Positions 35,774 to 46,600 of a DNA stretch of 64,000 nt are shown piece by piece. Where the stretch lies: positions 87 to 64,086 of the forward strand of contig CALWTK010000005.1 of the NCBI GenBank assembly GCA_944384465.1. Reading direction: 5' to 3'. A program made the position numbers and the translations under genes. Each line of letters starts with the position of its first letter. Within the stretch, counting starts at the first letter, position 1. This stretch comes from an uncultured Clostridia bacterium. Lineage in GTDB: Bacteria > Bacillota > Clostridia > Christensenellales > UBA1242. Below the pieces are notes generated by a model. It searched no databases. It was given only the letters and a program-made list of their open reading frames with translations, and was not told the origin of the DNA.

Positions 35774-36169
35774 ATGATTGTTTGGGAAATTGTAGCAGGT
35801 GTGCTGGGCGGTATTATTGGCGGTATGGGTATGGGTGGCGGAACGCTGACCATTCCAATACTTACAATTTTTTTGTCCTACGAACAGTTGGCAGCGCAAG
35901 GGGTGAATCTCATTGCTTTTTTACCAATGTCATTGATCGCGCTAGGAATTCATATAAAAAATCATCTAGTGGCATTCAAACAGACTTGGCTGCTAGCTGT
36001 GATTGGTTGCGTGTTCAGTCTAGGTGGAGCGATACTTGCGAACCATATTTCAAATGATATTTTGAAAAAGTGTTTCGCGATATTTTTAATTGCTCTTGCA
36101 GTTTGGCAGTTGATAGAGATGATAAAAGAAGTCAAAAAACATCACAGCGAAGCTAAAAAAGAAGAGTGA
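35774..36169 (+). CDS. TauE/SafE-family (DUF81) anion exporter, half-size subunit 2
   Basis: 131 aa, about 4 TM, with 'GGIIGGMGMGGGTLTIPIL'. It has its own SD (AGGTGA) and is in a different frame from subunit 1, 7 nt downstream. Confidence 0.72.
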   Translation: MIVWEIVAGVLGGIIGGMGMGGGTLTIPILTIFLSYEQLAAQGVNLIAFLPMSLIALGIHIKNHLVAFKQTWLLAVIGCVFSLGGAILANHISNDILKKCFAIFLIALAVWQLIEMIKEVKKHHSEAKKEE

Positions 36170-36876
36170 TTTATCACAATTTTTATTAATTCATATTTAA
36201 TTTTATAAGAAATTTGCTGATCACTACATATGGATTTGAAATTATCGGTAGATGTTTGTATTTTGTTTAGATATTTTATTGACTTTGTGAATTTATCATT
36301 TTGCTTGAAATCAGACAGATAACCATCATATTTATTCTTAAAATCTGTTTTTAAATTTTCTAAATTCATCAACAGTTGGCTTTCATTTATGCTGGATGTG
36401 TCGTAGGCAATTATGTTTGTATATACTTGGTCAATCAGGGTCAAATTCGCGTCGATCATCTCTCTAATTGTGTTGTTTTCTTGTGTAGAAAGCAAATTCG
36501 ATTTTGAAAACTTGTCTGTGGTCAAAGTGAAGACCTTTACTGTGTCATATTCGGCTTTTAAATTTTCACAAACCTTTTTGGCGTCTTTTTCGTTTGGATA
36601 GTAAGCAGCTAATACATGATAATATCCGTCATAATATACGTAACCCGCACCACCCATTGATTGAATGGATGTAGCCAAGTTGTTTGCTTCATTGTATGTC
36701 ACAAACGATTTAATTTCTACAAAATAAAACTCTGTTGTTTTGTGATTTTTTGGATAGATGAAAAAGGCAATTCCCAACAATATCAAAATTAAAAGAGACA
36801 TAATGCAAATTGAATATTTGCTCTTTTTGTTTATTTTCATTTTGTAGTGGTTATAATCAAATTCATAATTTTGCAT
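36142..36876 (-). CDS. membrane-anchored SPOR-like domain protein
   Basis: 244 aa with an N-terminal TM. 'FYFVEIKSFVTYNEANNLATSIQSMGGAGYVYYDGYYHVLAAYYPNEKDAKKVCENLK' fits the SPOR beta-alpha-beta pattern (weak call). Confidence 0.5.
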   Translation of the reverse strand: MQNYEFDYNHYKMKINKKSKYSICIMSLLILILLGIAFFIYPKNHKTTEFYFVEIKSFVTYNEANNLATSIQSMGGAGYVYYDGYYHVLAAYYPNEKDAKKVCENLKAEYDTVKVFTLTTDKFSKSNLLSTQENNTIREMIDANLTLIDQVYTNIIAYDTSSINESQLLMNLENLKTDFKNKYDGYLSDFKQNDKFTKSIKYLNKIQTSTDNFKSICSDQQISYKIKYELIKIVINHSSFLASL

Positions 36877-36975
36877 ACTTATTTTATTCTTTAGGATAAA
36901 TTTTTATGAAACTGGCAGTCTTGAGATAAAATGATGACTTTTGCAGCTATAATCAAGAGGAATAAAGGAGGAAAA

Positions 36976-38882
<1,907 letters not shown>

Positions 38883-39113
38883 TAAACAAAAAAGCAAAAC
38901 ATATTTTATCAATTAAATTATATTATTTCAAATCATAATAAATTGACTTGGAATTAAAAATTTATAAAAAATAAAAAAATTAATAAAAAACACTAAAATA
39001 ATACAAAATTTTCAAAAAAAATAGTGCAAAAATTGAAAATTTTAAAAATTTATTTAATTTTAATTAAAAAATGTTCATTTTAAATATAATCAATAATTCA
39101 AATAAAAATAAAA

Positions 39114-39141
39114 AGCGAACAGACATCTGTTCGCTTTTTTT
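39114..39141. terminator. bidirectional terminator (valS / groEL side)
   Basis: AGCGAACAG-ACAT-CTGTTCGCT flanked by A5 and T7. Confidence 0.85.
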
Positions 39142-39149
39142 ACTATAGT

Positions 39150-41777
39150 TTAATTAAAATTTTTTAATTTTTCTTCTAGAGAATTTTTGCTACTTAACAA
39201 ATAATCGTATCTAGATTTTTCTTTTTCCACCAACTCTTTTGGTGCACGTGTAACGAAATTTGGATTGAGAATTCTACTTTCCAATATCTTAATTTCGGCA
39301 TTGATTTTATCTAAATCTTTATTTATCTTTTCGCGCTCTTTTGCAGTGTCTACTAGTTCATTTTTGTAGAAATAGAATTCACCTAGTTCACTCACGAATT
39401 TTACCAAATCATTGCCAAGGTTTTCCTTTACGTCGACCTTTTCAATATTTGTCATTTTTGACAAAACTAGTTTAGCATTTTCAACAATATCAATAGCTTC
39501 TTGTTTTGAATTATTTTTGTCAAGCACAAGTGTGATACGTTTTGAAGGAAGGACATCATAACTCAATCTAGTCTCTCGTATCTTTTGAATCAAAGAGATG
39601 ATTTTTTCCACATCTTCACTTTCTTTTTTGAACTGACCTAAGCTTGACGCATAAGTTTGACTGATCAATAATTCGCCTGTGAAATTTGAATAAATATCTT
39701 CCGTGATAAATGGAATGATAGGGTGAAGCAATTTTAGAATGTTTAGATATACATCTTTTAGAATTGCACATGCGTTGGCACGTGTTTCTTGGTCATCACT
39801 ATACACATAAGCTTTTGAAAATTCAAGATAATAATTGCAGAAATCGTCCCAAACAAAAGAGTACATTTTATTGACCGCTTGGCATACATCTAGATTGTCA
39901 ATAAGTTTATTTATTTCGTTGATCGCTTCGTCAAGCTTTGTATATATCCATTTGTCAAAGATATTCAATTTTGTTTTATCGAGTTTGGTATCATACGTTT
40001 GACTCAATACCAACTCCAGGAATTTTCCTGAATTGAAAACTTTATTTATAAATTTTCTATCTTCCAAAATCTTTTCTTCGCTGAACCTAAAATCATTTCC
40101 AGTACCATTGCCAAAGAGTAGCGAAAGTCTCAGTGAGTCAGCACCATATTTTTCAATGATCTCTATAGGGTCGACACCGTTGTTGGAAGACTTGCTCATT
40201 TTCTTACCTTCGTCATCGCGGACAATTCCATTGATTAGTACTTTACTAAACGGAGTTTTCCCCATAATCTTCTTCGACATCATGACCATACGTGCTACCC
40301 AGAAGAAAATGATGTCTTGTGCGGTGACCAAAGTGGATGTTGGGAAAAATCTTTTTAGATCATCTGTCTTTTCTGGATACCCAAGAGTAGAGAACGGCCA
40401 TAGCGCAGAACTGAACCATGTGTCCAACACGTCAGGATCTTGCTCTATATTTTGACTTCCGCATTTTGAGCATGTCTTAGGCGCGGACAATTCGACCATA
40501 GTGTTTCCGCAATCTTTGCAATAATATGCTGGAATTCTATGTCCCCACCATAATTGCCTTGAAATGCACCAATCTTTGATATTTTCCAGCCAATTTTTAT
40601 ATATTTTTTGCACTCTTTGTGGTACAATCTCTAATTCTTGATTGTCTACAGCGTCTAGACCCAGCTTTGCCATATCTTGCATATCCATAAACCATTGCTT
40701 GCTCATCATTGGTTCAATCGCACTGTGACACCTATAGCATGTAGCTTTTGGAAGGCGATATGGTTCAATCTTTTCTATCAAATTTTGAGCTTTCAACTCT
40801 TCTATCAGTTGTTTTCTACATTCGTATCTATCAAAATTCGCATATTTTCCACAATTTTCATTCATTGTGCCGTCTAAATTCATTATCTTTATTGGGGCGA
40901 AGTTGTGACGTTTTCCGACTTCAAAATCGTTGAAATCATGGGCTGGGGTAATTTTAACCACACCTGTACCAAAATCTTTTTCAACATAGCTGTCGCCAAT
41001 TATTGGTATCTCTTTATTTATGACCGGCAGGATGACATTTTTCCCAATCATGTCTTTGTATCTCTCATCTTCCGGATTGACTGCAACACATACGTCACCA
41101 AACATTGTTTCCGGACGAGTGGTGGCGACGACTAAGTAACCGCTTTTATCCGCATAAGGGTAGCGGATATACCACAGACTAGAATTTTCATCCACATGTT
41201 CAACTTCTGCGTCGGAGAGTGCAGTCTTACAAGTAGGACACCAGTTGATGAGCTTCTCGCCACGGTAAATATAGCCTTCATCATACAATTGCTTGAAAAC
41301 GGACAGAACTGATTTTTGTCTTTGTTCATCCATGGTGAAAGCGCATCTATCCCAATCGCAACTGCAACCTAATGATTTTAGTTGTAATTTTATTCTCCCG
41401 CCATATTTGTCATTCCATTGCCAAGCACGTTTCAAGAATTCTTCTCTTCCCAATTTCTCTTTTGATAGTCCTTCTTTTTTCAACGCGTCTATGATTTTCA
41501 CTTCTGTAGCGATGGATGCATGGTCGGTCCCGGGTATCCAAAGTGTATTGTATCCCTTCATGCGCTTGAAACGAATCAAGAAATCTTGAGTCGTGTTGTT
41601 CAGCGCGTGACCAATATGCAATTGACCTGTGATATTTGGTGGTGGCATGATTATAGTATAGTTTTCTGCGTCATCAGATTTTGAAAAGTCTGATTTCGGT
41701 TTGAAACAGTGATTGTCTTCCCACTTTTTATATATCAAACTTTCTTTTGATTGTGGTTCATATGATTTACCTAACAT
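39150..41777 (-). CDS. valS: valine--tRNA ligase
   Basis: About 875 aa from the ATG at 41777 (SD AAGGAGAA). HIGH motif 'GQLHIGHAL', 'KMSKS', and a C-terminal coiled coil. The track start at 41816 lies inside the T-box terminator. Confidence 0.95.
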   Translation of the reverse strand: MLGKSYEPQSKESLIYKKWEDNHCFKPKSDFSKSDDAENYTIIMPPPNITGQLHIGHALNNTTQDFLIRFKRMKGYNTLWIPGTDHASIATEVKIIDALKKEGLSKEKLGREEFLKRAWQWNDKYGGRIKLQLKSLGCSCDWDRCAFTMDEQRQKSVLSVFKQLYDEGYIYRGEKLINWCPTCKTALSDAEVEHVDENSSLWYIRYPYADKSGYLVVATTRPETMFGDVCVAVNPEDERYKDMIGKNVILPVINKEIPIIGDSYVEKDFGTGVVKITPAHDFNDFEVGKRHNFAPIKIMNLDGTMNENCGKYANFDRYECRKQLIEELKAQNLIEKIEPYRLPKATCYRCHSAIEPMMSKQWFMDMQDMAKLGLDAVDNQELEIVPQRVQKIYKNWLENIKDWCISRQLWWGHRIPAYYCKDCGNTMVELSAPKTCSKCGSQNIEQDPDVLDTWFSSALWPFSTLGYPEKTDDLKRFFPTSTLVTAQDIIFFWVARMVMMSKKIMGKTPFSKVLINGIVRDDEGKKMSKSSNNGVDPIEIIEKYGADSLRLSLLFGNGTGNDFRFSEEKILEDRKFINKVFNSGKFLELVLSQTYDTKLDKTKLNIFDKWIYTKLDEAINEINKLIDNLDVCQAVNKMYSFVWDDFCNYYLEFSKAYVYSDDQETRANACAILKDVYLNILKLLHPIIPFITEDIYSNFTGELLISQTYASSLGQFKKESEDVEKIISLIQKIRETRLSYDVLPSKRITLVLDKNNSKQEAIDIVENAKLVLSKMTNIEKVDVKENLGNDLVKFVSELGEFYFYKNELVDTAKEREKINKDLDKINAEIKILESRILNPNFVTRAPKELVEKEKSRYDYLLSSKNSLEEKLKNFN

Positions 41778-41794
41778 ACATTTCTCCTTAAAAT

Positions 41795-42036
41795 AAAAAA
41801 ATCTTGCGTTATGCAAGGACGAATTCTATCGTGGTACCACCTTACTTCAAGCAAAATGCTCCTTATTTCAAACTGACGTATCTTTTCAACTACGCGGACG
41901 GTCTACTATTCTTCTTCGTCCGAACTCGTTTGCTACCTTCATCTTACAACCTTCTTAAATTGCTTTCAGCCGACGGCAATTCTCTCTTGTAAGCGTTTAT
42001 AAGACTACTCTTCAAACTTATATAACGTTTCTCGCT
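41795..42036 (-). promoter_or_regulatory. T-box riboswitch leader of valS (candidate GUA Val specifier)
   Basis: On the minus strand: Stem I specifier-loop elements AAGAGTA (5' side) and GAAGGTAG (3' side, GTA at 41936-41934). Distal AGAGAGA and GGCTGAAAGC. Stem III AGCATTTTGCT. T-box core AAGGTGGTACCACG (about 41843-41830). Short hairpin CTTGC-ATAAC-GCAAG plus U7 (41817-41794). Confidence 0.85.
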
Positions 42037-42039
42037 TAA

Positions 42040-42068
42040 ATCTTATCATGTAGAAAAAAAATTGTCAA
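42040..42068 (-). promoter_or_regulatory. valS / T-box promoter
   Basis: On the minus strand: TTGACA (42068-42063), 17 nt, TAAGAT (42045-42040). Confidence 0.65.
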
Positions 42069-42090
42069 CATTTTGAAGACGAATTTAAAT

Positions 42091-42119
42091 TTGACATCAA
42101 TATTCTACTATGCTATAAT
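42091..42119 (+). promoter_or_regulatory. perfect-consensus sigma-A promoter with no downstream ORF
   Basis: TTGACA (42091-42096), 17 nt, TATAAT (42114-42119). It is back-to-back with the valS promoter. Confidence 0.7.
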
Positions 42120-42125
42120 ACAATA

Positions 42126-42566
42126 TATAGAATATTGTTAAGATATTTTATTTTTAATCGACACTAAAAATATTCACTATAAGTTAGTAAAAAATAACCG
42201 GCTTTTTATAGTAGACTTTCACATCTCTGTTACTCCTGTTCTCAATATCGCAATGAACAGAACTCGCTACACCAGTTATTTTATATTATTATATATTTCA
42301 TTTTCTTTAAAAGTCAATATTTTTAGAAAAAAATTAAAAAACAGAGAAAAACAACTGAAATATATGAAAAAAATATACAATTAGAGAAAAATTTAACAAA
42401 AAATTAAAACAAACAGCAATCACTCAATGGTATAATGACAGTCAAAATAAACTGATATAAAAATATGATGATTGCTAAAATAAAGGGCTAAAAAAGAAAA
42501 CAATTTTCTTACGAAAATATGTTTTGTTGTTAACACAAAAAAACGGCGTTGAGCCGTTTTGTCATT
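42126..42566 (+). ncRNA. candidate non-coding transcript or long attenuated leader
   Basis: About 430 nt between the consensus promoter and hairpin 42540-42560 (AAAACGGC-GTTGA-GCCGTTTT). The track shows no ORF of 60 aa or more on either strand. Internal hairpin CTGTTC-N13-GAACAG. I recognise no known RNA family. Confidence 0.3.
42540..42566 (+). terminator. hairpin terminator / attenuator upstream of rsmA
   Basis: AAAACGGC-GTTGA-GCCGTTTT followed by GTCATT. The U-tract is short. Confidence 0.5.
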
Positions 42567-42641
42567 GGTATTTCAAAATTTTCATTTGTATATTTGGATT
42601 ATACAATATTCGACAAGATTTGTCAACTATAGGAGAAGAAA

Positions 42642-43424
42642 TTGGAAAAAAATATCGAGTTTAAAAAAAGTTTAGGGCAAAATTTCATTTTCGACAGAAA
42701 TCTTTTGACAGCTATTGCAAAAGATGGTGGACTAGGTAAAGATGACGTAGTGTTAGAGATAGGAGCAGGGGCGGGCACTCTGACTGACGTGTTGGCAGAT
42801 ATAGCTAAGGAAGTGATAGCTTTTGAAATAGATACGTCCTTGAAGCCATATCTAGACAAAGTGCAAGAAAAGCATGACAATCTTAAAATAATATATCAAG
42901 ATTTTATGAAAGCGGACATAACAACATTTATAAAATCAAAAGCAAAAGTGATTGCTAATATTCCTTATTATATAACTACACCTATTGTATTCAAATTGGT
43001 AGACCATATCGATATGTTTGACGGTATCTTGATATTGGTGCAAAAAGAAGTGGCAATCAGATTTGCTAGTCCAGCGAAATGCAAAGACTACGGAATCACC
43101 AGCGTCATACTCCAATCAATATTTGATGTGGATATACCAAGGATTGTAAAAAAAGAATGCTTCACACCTGCACCAAAAGTTGACAGTGCGCTATGTAGAT
43201 TGATACCACATAATAGATATAATATTTCTGATTTTTCGGACTTCAAAGATTTTGTACATCTCGCCTTTTCCATGAGAAGGAAAACACTTGTGAACAATTT
43301 GAAGACAAAATATGATAAAGATTTTTTGACAAATAAGTTGAACGAATTGGGTCTTGACGAGAGAGTAAGGCCGGAAGATGTCACTGTTGAAAATTATATA
43401 AAATTGTTTAATTTTTTAAAATAA
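42642..43424 (+). CDS. rsmA: 16S rRNA (adenine1518/1519-N6)-dimethyltransferase
   Basis: 260 aa with 'SLGQNFIFD' and the SAM site 'EIGAGAGTLT'. Apparent TTG start with SD TAGGAG 7 nt upstream. Confidence 0.9.
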   Translation: MEKNIEFKKSLGQNFIFDRNLLTAIAKDGGLGKDDVVLEIGAGAGTLTDVLADIAKEVIAFEIDTSLKPYLDKVQEKHDNLKIIYQDFMKADITTFIKSKAKVIANIPYYITTPIVFKLVDHIDMFDGILILVQKEVAIRFASPAKCKDYGITSVILQSIFDVDIPRIVKKECFTPAPKVDSALCRLIPHNRYNISDFSDFKDFVHLAFSMRRKTLVNNLKTKYDKDFLTNKLNELGLDERVRPEDVTVENYIKLFNFLK

Positions 43425-43437
43425 TTCAAAAATAACC

Positions 43438-43485
43438 ACAAAAAACATCAAAAAATAAAAAAATTTAATGTTTTTTGTTTTTTTT
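43438..43485 (+). terminator. rsmA terminator (AT-rich)
   Basis: ACAAAAAACAT-N19-ATGTTTTTTGT (11 bp) followed by T7. Confidence 0.6.
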
Positions 43486-43589
43486 GTCTATTTTTATTAA
43501 AATTTTTAAATATAATCTTATTCACTTCATCTTTCAAAATTTTCTTTATGGGACAAAAAATTTAACTTGTATTTTCTTCACGCTTTTAT

Positions 43590-43619
43590 TTGACAAGTTG
43601 TGTTTTGAAAATATATAAT
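43590..43619 (+). promoter_or_regulatory. promoter of the giant-protein gene
   Basis: TTGACA (43590-43595), 18 nt, TATAAT (43614-43619). Confidence 0.6.
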
Positions 43620-43674
43620 TATTTTGTAAGTTTTTGTAGATAATAATTAAAGAAAAGTATTTAGGTAGGGGAAA

Positions 43675-46600
43675 ATGGTTAAAAAAATATTTGCGATAAT
43701 TGGAATAGTCCTAGGAGGAGTCGCTGTGTTTGTCGGCGCCGTTTTTGGCGTCATGGCGTTGATGGGGAGATTTAGGACACCGGACGTGTATCCTAGCAGT
43801 CTATCCTTTATTGAAAGCGAACAGACTATAGTGTATAGACAGGATGAACTGGATCAATTACACACTTTTGTTCTGAACGGATTTTCTAATAGCGAAAATG
43901 AAGTTAACCACAAGACCTGTTACATATATTTTTACGACAACATAGGATCTAATTTAATCACTCTGTGTGATGCTAATGGAGTCCCACTCGTAGCTGAAAA
44001 CAATAGATATAAAATTGAATGTAATGAATTAGTCTATTATAAATTGAACGAAAATTCTACAATTGATTATCAGGACGAAAACTATGGTAGAGTTGTATTG
44101 CAAGCAAGAGATGAGAGAAACCAGGTCCAATCTAACAATTTGACCATCTGGATAGATAGAGCGGTAAATAATATCGCCCTAGACTATTCTGGTTCATCTA
44201 TTGTCGATAATGAGCAGGAAATCACGATCGGCATGGAAGTGAGAATGGACTTTAGTTATACTGCCACACCAAACTATTCACTTCAGCCAATGAGCAGTCA
44301 AGACGAGAAAATTGTCGAACTATATTATCAGGATCCAAATCAAGCGGACTACATTTTGATTGATAGCGATAGTTATCAAAATTATTCCTTTATTCATTTT
44401 GACGACACGACTGGCAAATATTATTTTATGGCGGACACTGCTGGGGTATATACTTTCAACATTGCTGTGTTCGCTACATATCAGGATAGGGCGGAATATT
44501 TGGCGAGTGCAAATAGTCAGACGGATTCAAACTTTGAACGTATCAATCACATGGTTAACCGAACTGTTGCGGTGAACGTGGTGAACTCGGACATCTCTAG
44601 TGTGGGTATGGATAGCACTGGAGTGAATTTGAATTTGTACTCTGGCAATAACTACATCACTTTGAATGGCACTTCGGGAGTGGAAAATGCGAACGACAAC
44701 AATTTGAGATTGTACATGTTGAGAGATGGTAGGCAGACAAATATACGATTTAATGAAGTTGATTTTATTCTAGATGAAGGAAGTTATCCTACAAATTGGA
44801 CAAAAAATAATATAACCTTTGAGGCGACAGGTGGACAGACAATCACGATAAACAATTCAGCGACATCTAATATTACATTGTTAGGTTTTGGTGATGCGTT
44901 TGACGGTACATATAATTATGTGCATAACAATGATCAAAATCAAATTGAGATCCCTGAAATAGCTTTGGAGATCAATTATACTCTTTCAAATATAATTGTA
45001 GGGGCAAAGACGGCGATTGATTCTCTGTCCTGCAATATAAATGTAAATGAAGAAAATATAATTTTGACTTGTTCAAACGGGGTTGCGTTCCTAGATACAA
45101 CTGATGCTAGCCAAAAACAGTTTAATCTACTGCGAACTGGTAGTTATTTAGAATTCTATGTGCTGGACAGTTTCAATGGCAGTTATACAGTATGTGAAGA
45201 TTTTGACTACGAAGTGACCAGTTTTGGGACTTCTGACTTGAAATCTTGGAATATAATTGCCAAATCTATTCCGACCTTGACCGACACCCAAACATTGATG
45301 TTAGGAATAATGGTAGTCAACAGCACAGGTGGATATAACTTCGCTGCAGTAAATGTTGTGGTCACGCCAGTTGATTTGTCCTTCACGTTTGTAAATGAAG
45401 AAGATAGAACGCACAATTTGAATGTCATATATCCAATAGTGGAAGATGTCTATACTATCAATTATCCAGAGCTCAATTTTGAAGATATTATAACTATCAA
45501 TAACGGCAGTTATGACGCATGTGTGTTTATTACTCCAAAACTCGAATCTAATGCATATGAAGTGGATGTCATCGAAGGCATGAATTTCATTGATGCCAAT
45601 GGGAATGAATATGTGCTAGTCGGATATATGAATGGCAACAATTTCGTCAATAGAGTGCGTGCTAGGGCAGGGGCAACCAACGCTGGATGCAGGTTATATG
45701 TTTTGCAATTGAGAAACAATTATGGTCAGACTGCTGAAGATTATATAAATGATATTATTAATAATAATCAAATATATTATTATTACTCTTTCAATACCGA
45801 AGAGATGGATGGAACTACTTCAACAAAATATTTGACTGTAAGGTTTAGATATGATGCTGAGACTATGAGATACGTTGTAGACGAGATGATCTCTACAGAT
45901 GGATACACAATCGGCACAATTAATCCTAGAATTGTCAACAATGATTTTGTGATTACAATCAATGATCAAGACATCGTATGTAATTTTGAACAACTGATGT
46001 ACAATAATTCAACTGAAATTTATTTAGGTAACCTATCTGATAATTCGGCTGATGTTGTGGCAGATGTGGTCAGAAGTTTTATTAGCAATTCGCAGGCAGT
46101 GACGATAAATGTGAGCTATGATATACTACCTAATGAAGTGAATTTTAATTACAATTCTATTTCACAAGGTGGAGATGACGAGCACGTTACAATTGATGGC
46201 GACAGAGTCGAGGTCATAGAAAACACAACTGATCACTCTATAACTCTTACATCAAATGTACGAGATATGCTAAAGAATATGTACAATGCAAATGGTTTTG
46301 GCACGGATAATGTGTCGGTACATCTATATAGTGCGGATGGGACCTTGATCACTGACAATTCAAATTCTTTGACCATCACATCTATAGATTTTATAGCAGA
46401 TAGTTTGGTGATACATTATAATGCGCTTTCAGCTCTGACAACTAGCACAAATTATTTGCAAGTGGTGATAAGTTATAATGGTGTCAATATTACCTCAGAT
46501 CCGATCTATATTTCTAGCACTGCTCCTACAGATATTTATTTCACTTATATTTCAGGGCAAGATGAAGATGGCGGAGATGTCGTCACAGTTATAGACAATT

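Noticed and set aside
35767-36057. 96-aa ORF overlapping the second TauE half in another frame.
   Set aside because: Its GTG start has no SD and it has an Arg/Trp/Cys-rich nonsense composition. The overlapping frame (35774-36169) encodes a clean 4-TM TauE repeat.
36877-36975. Possible CIRCE/HrcA operator around CTGGCAGTC...GACTTTTGCAG upstream of groES.
   Set aside because: There is only a partial, gapped inverted repeat with little resemblance to TTAGCACTC-N9-GAGTGCTAA. I report this as an absence, not as an operator.
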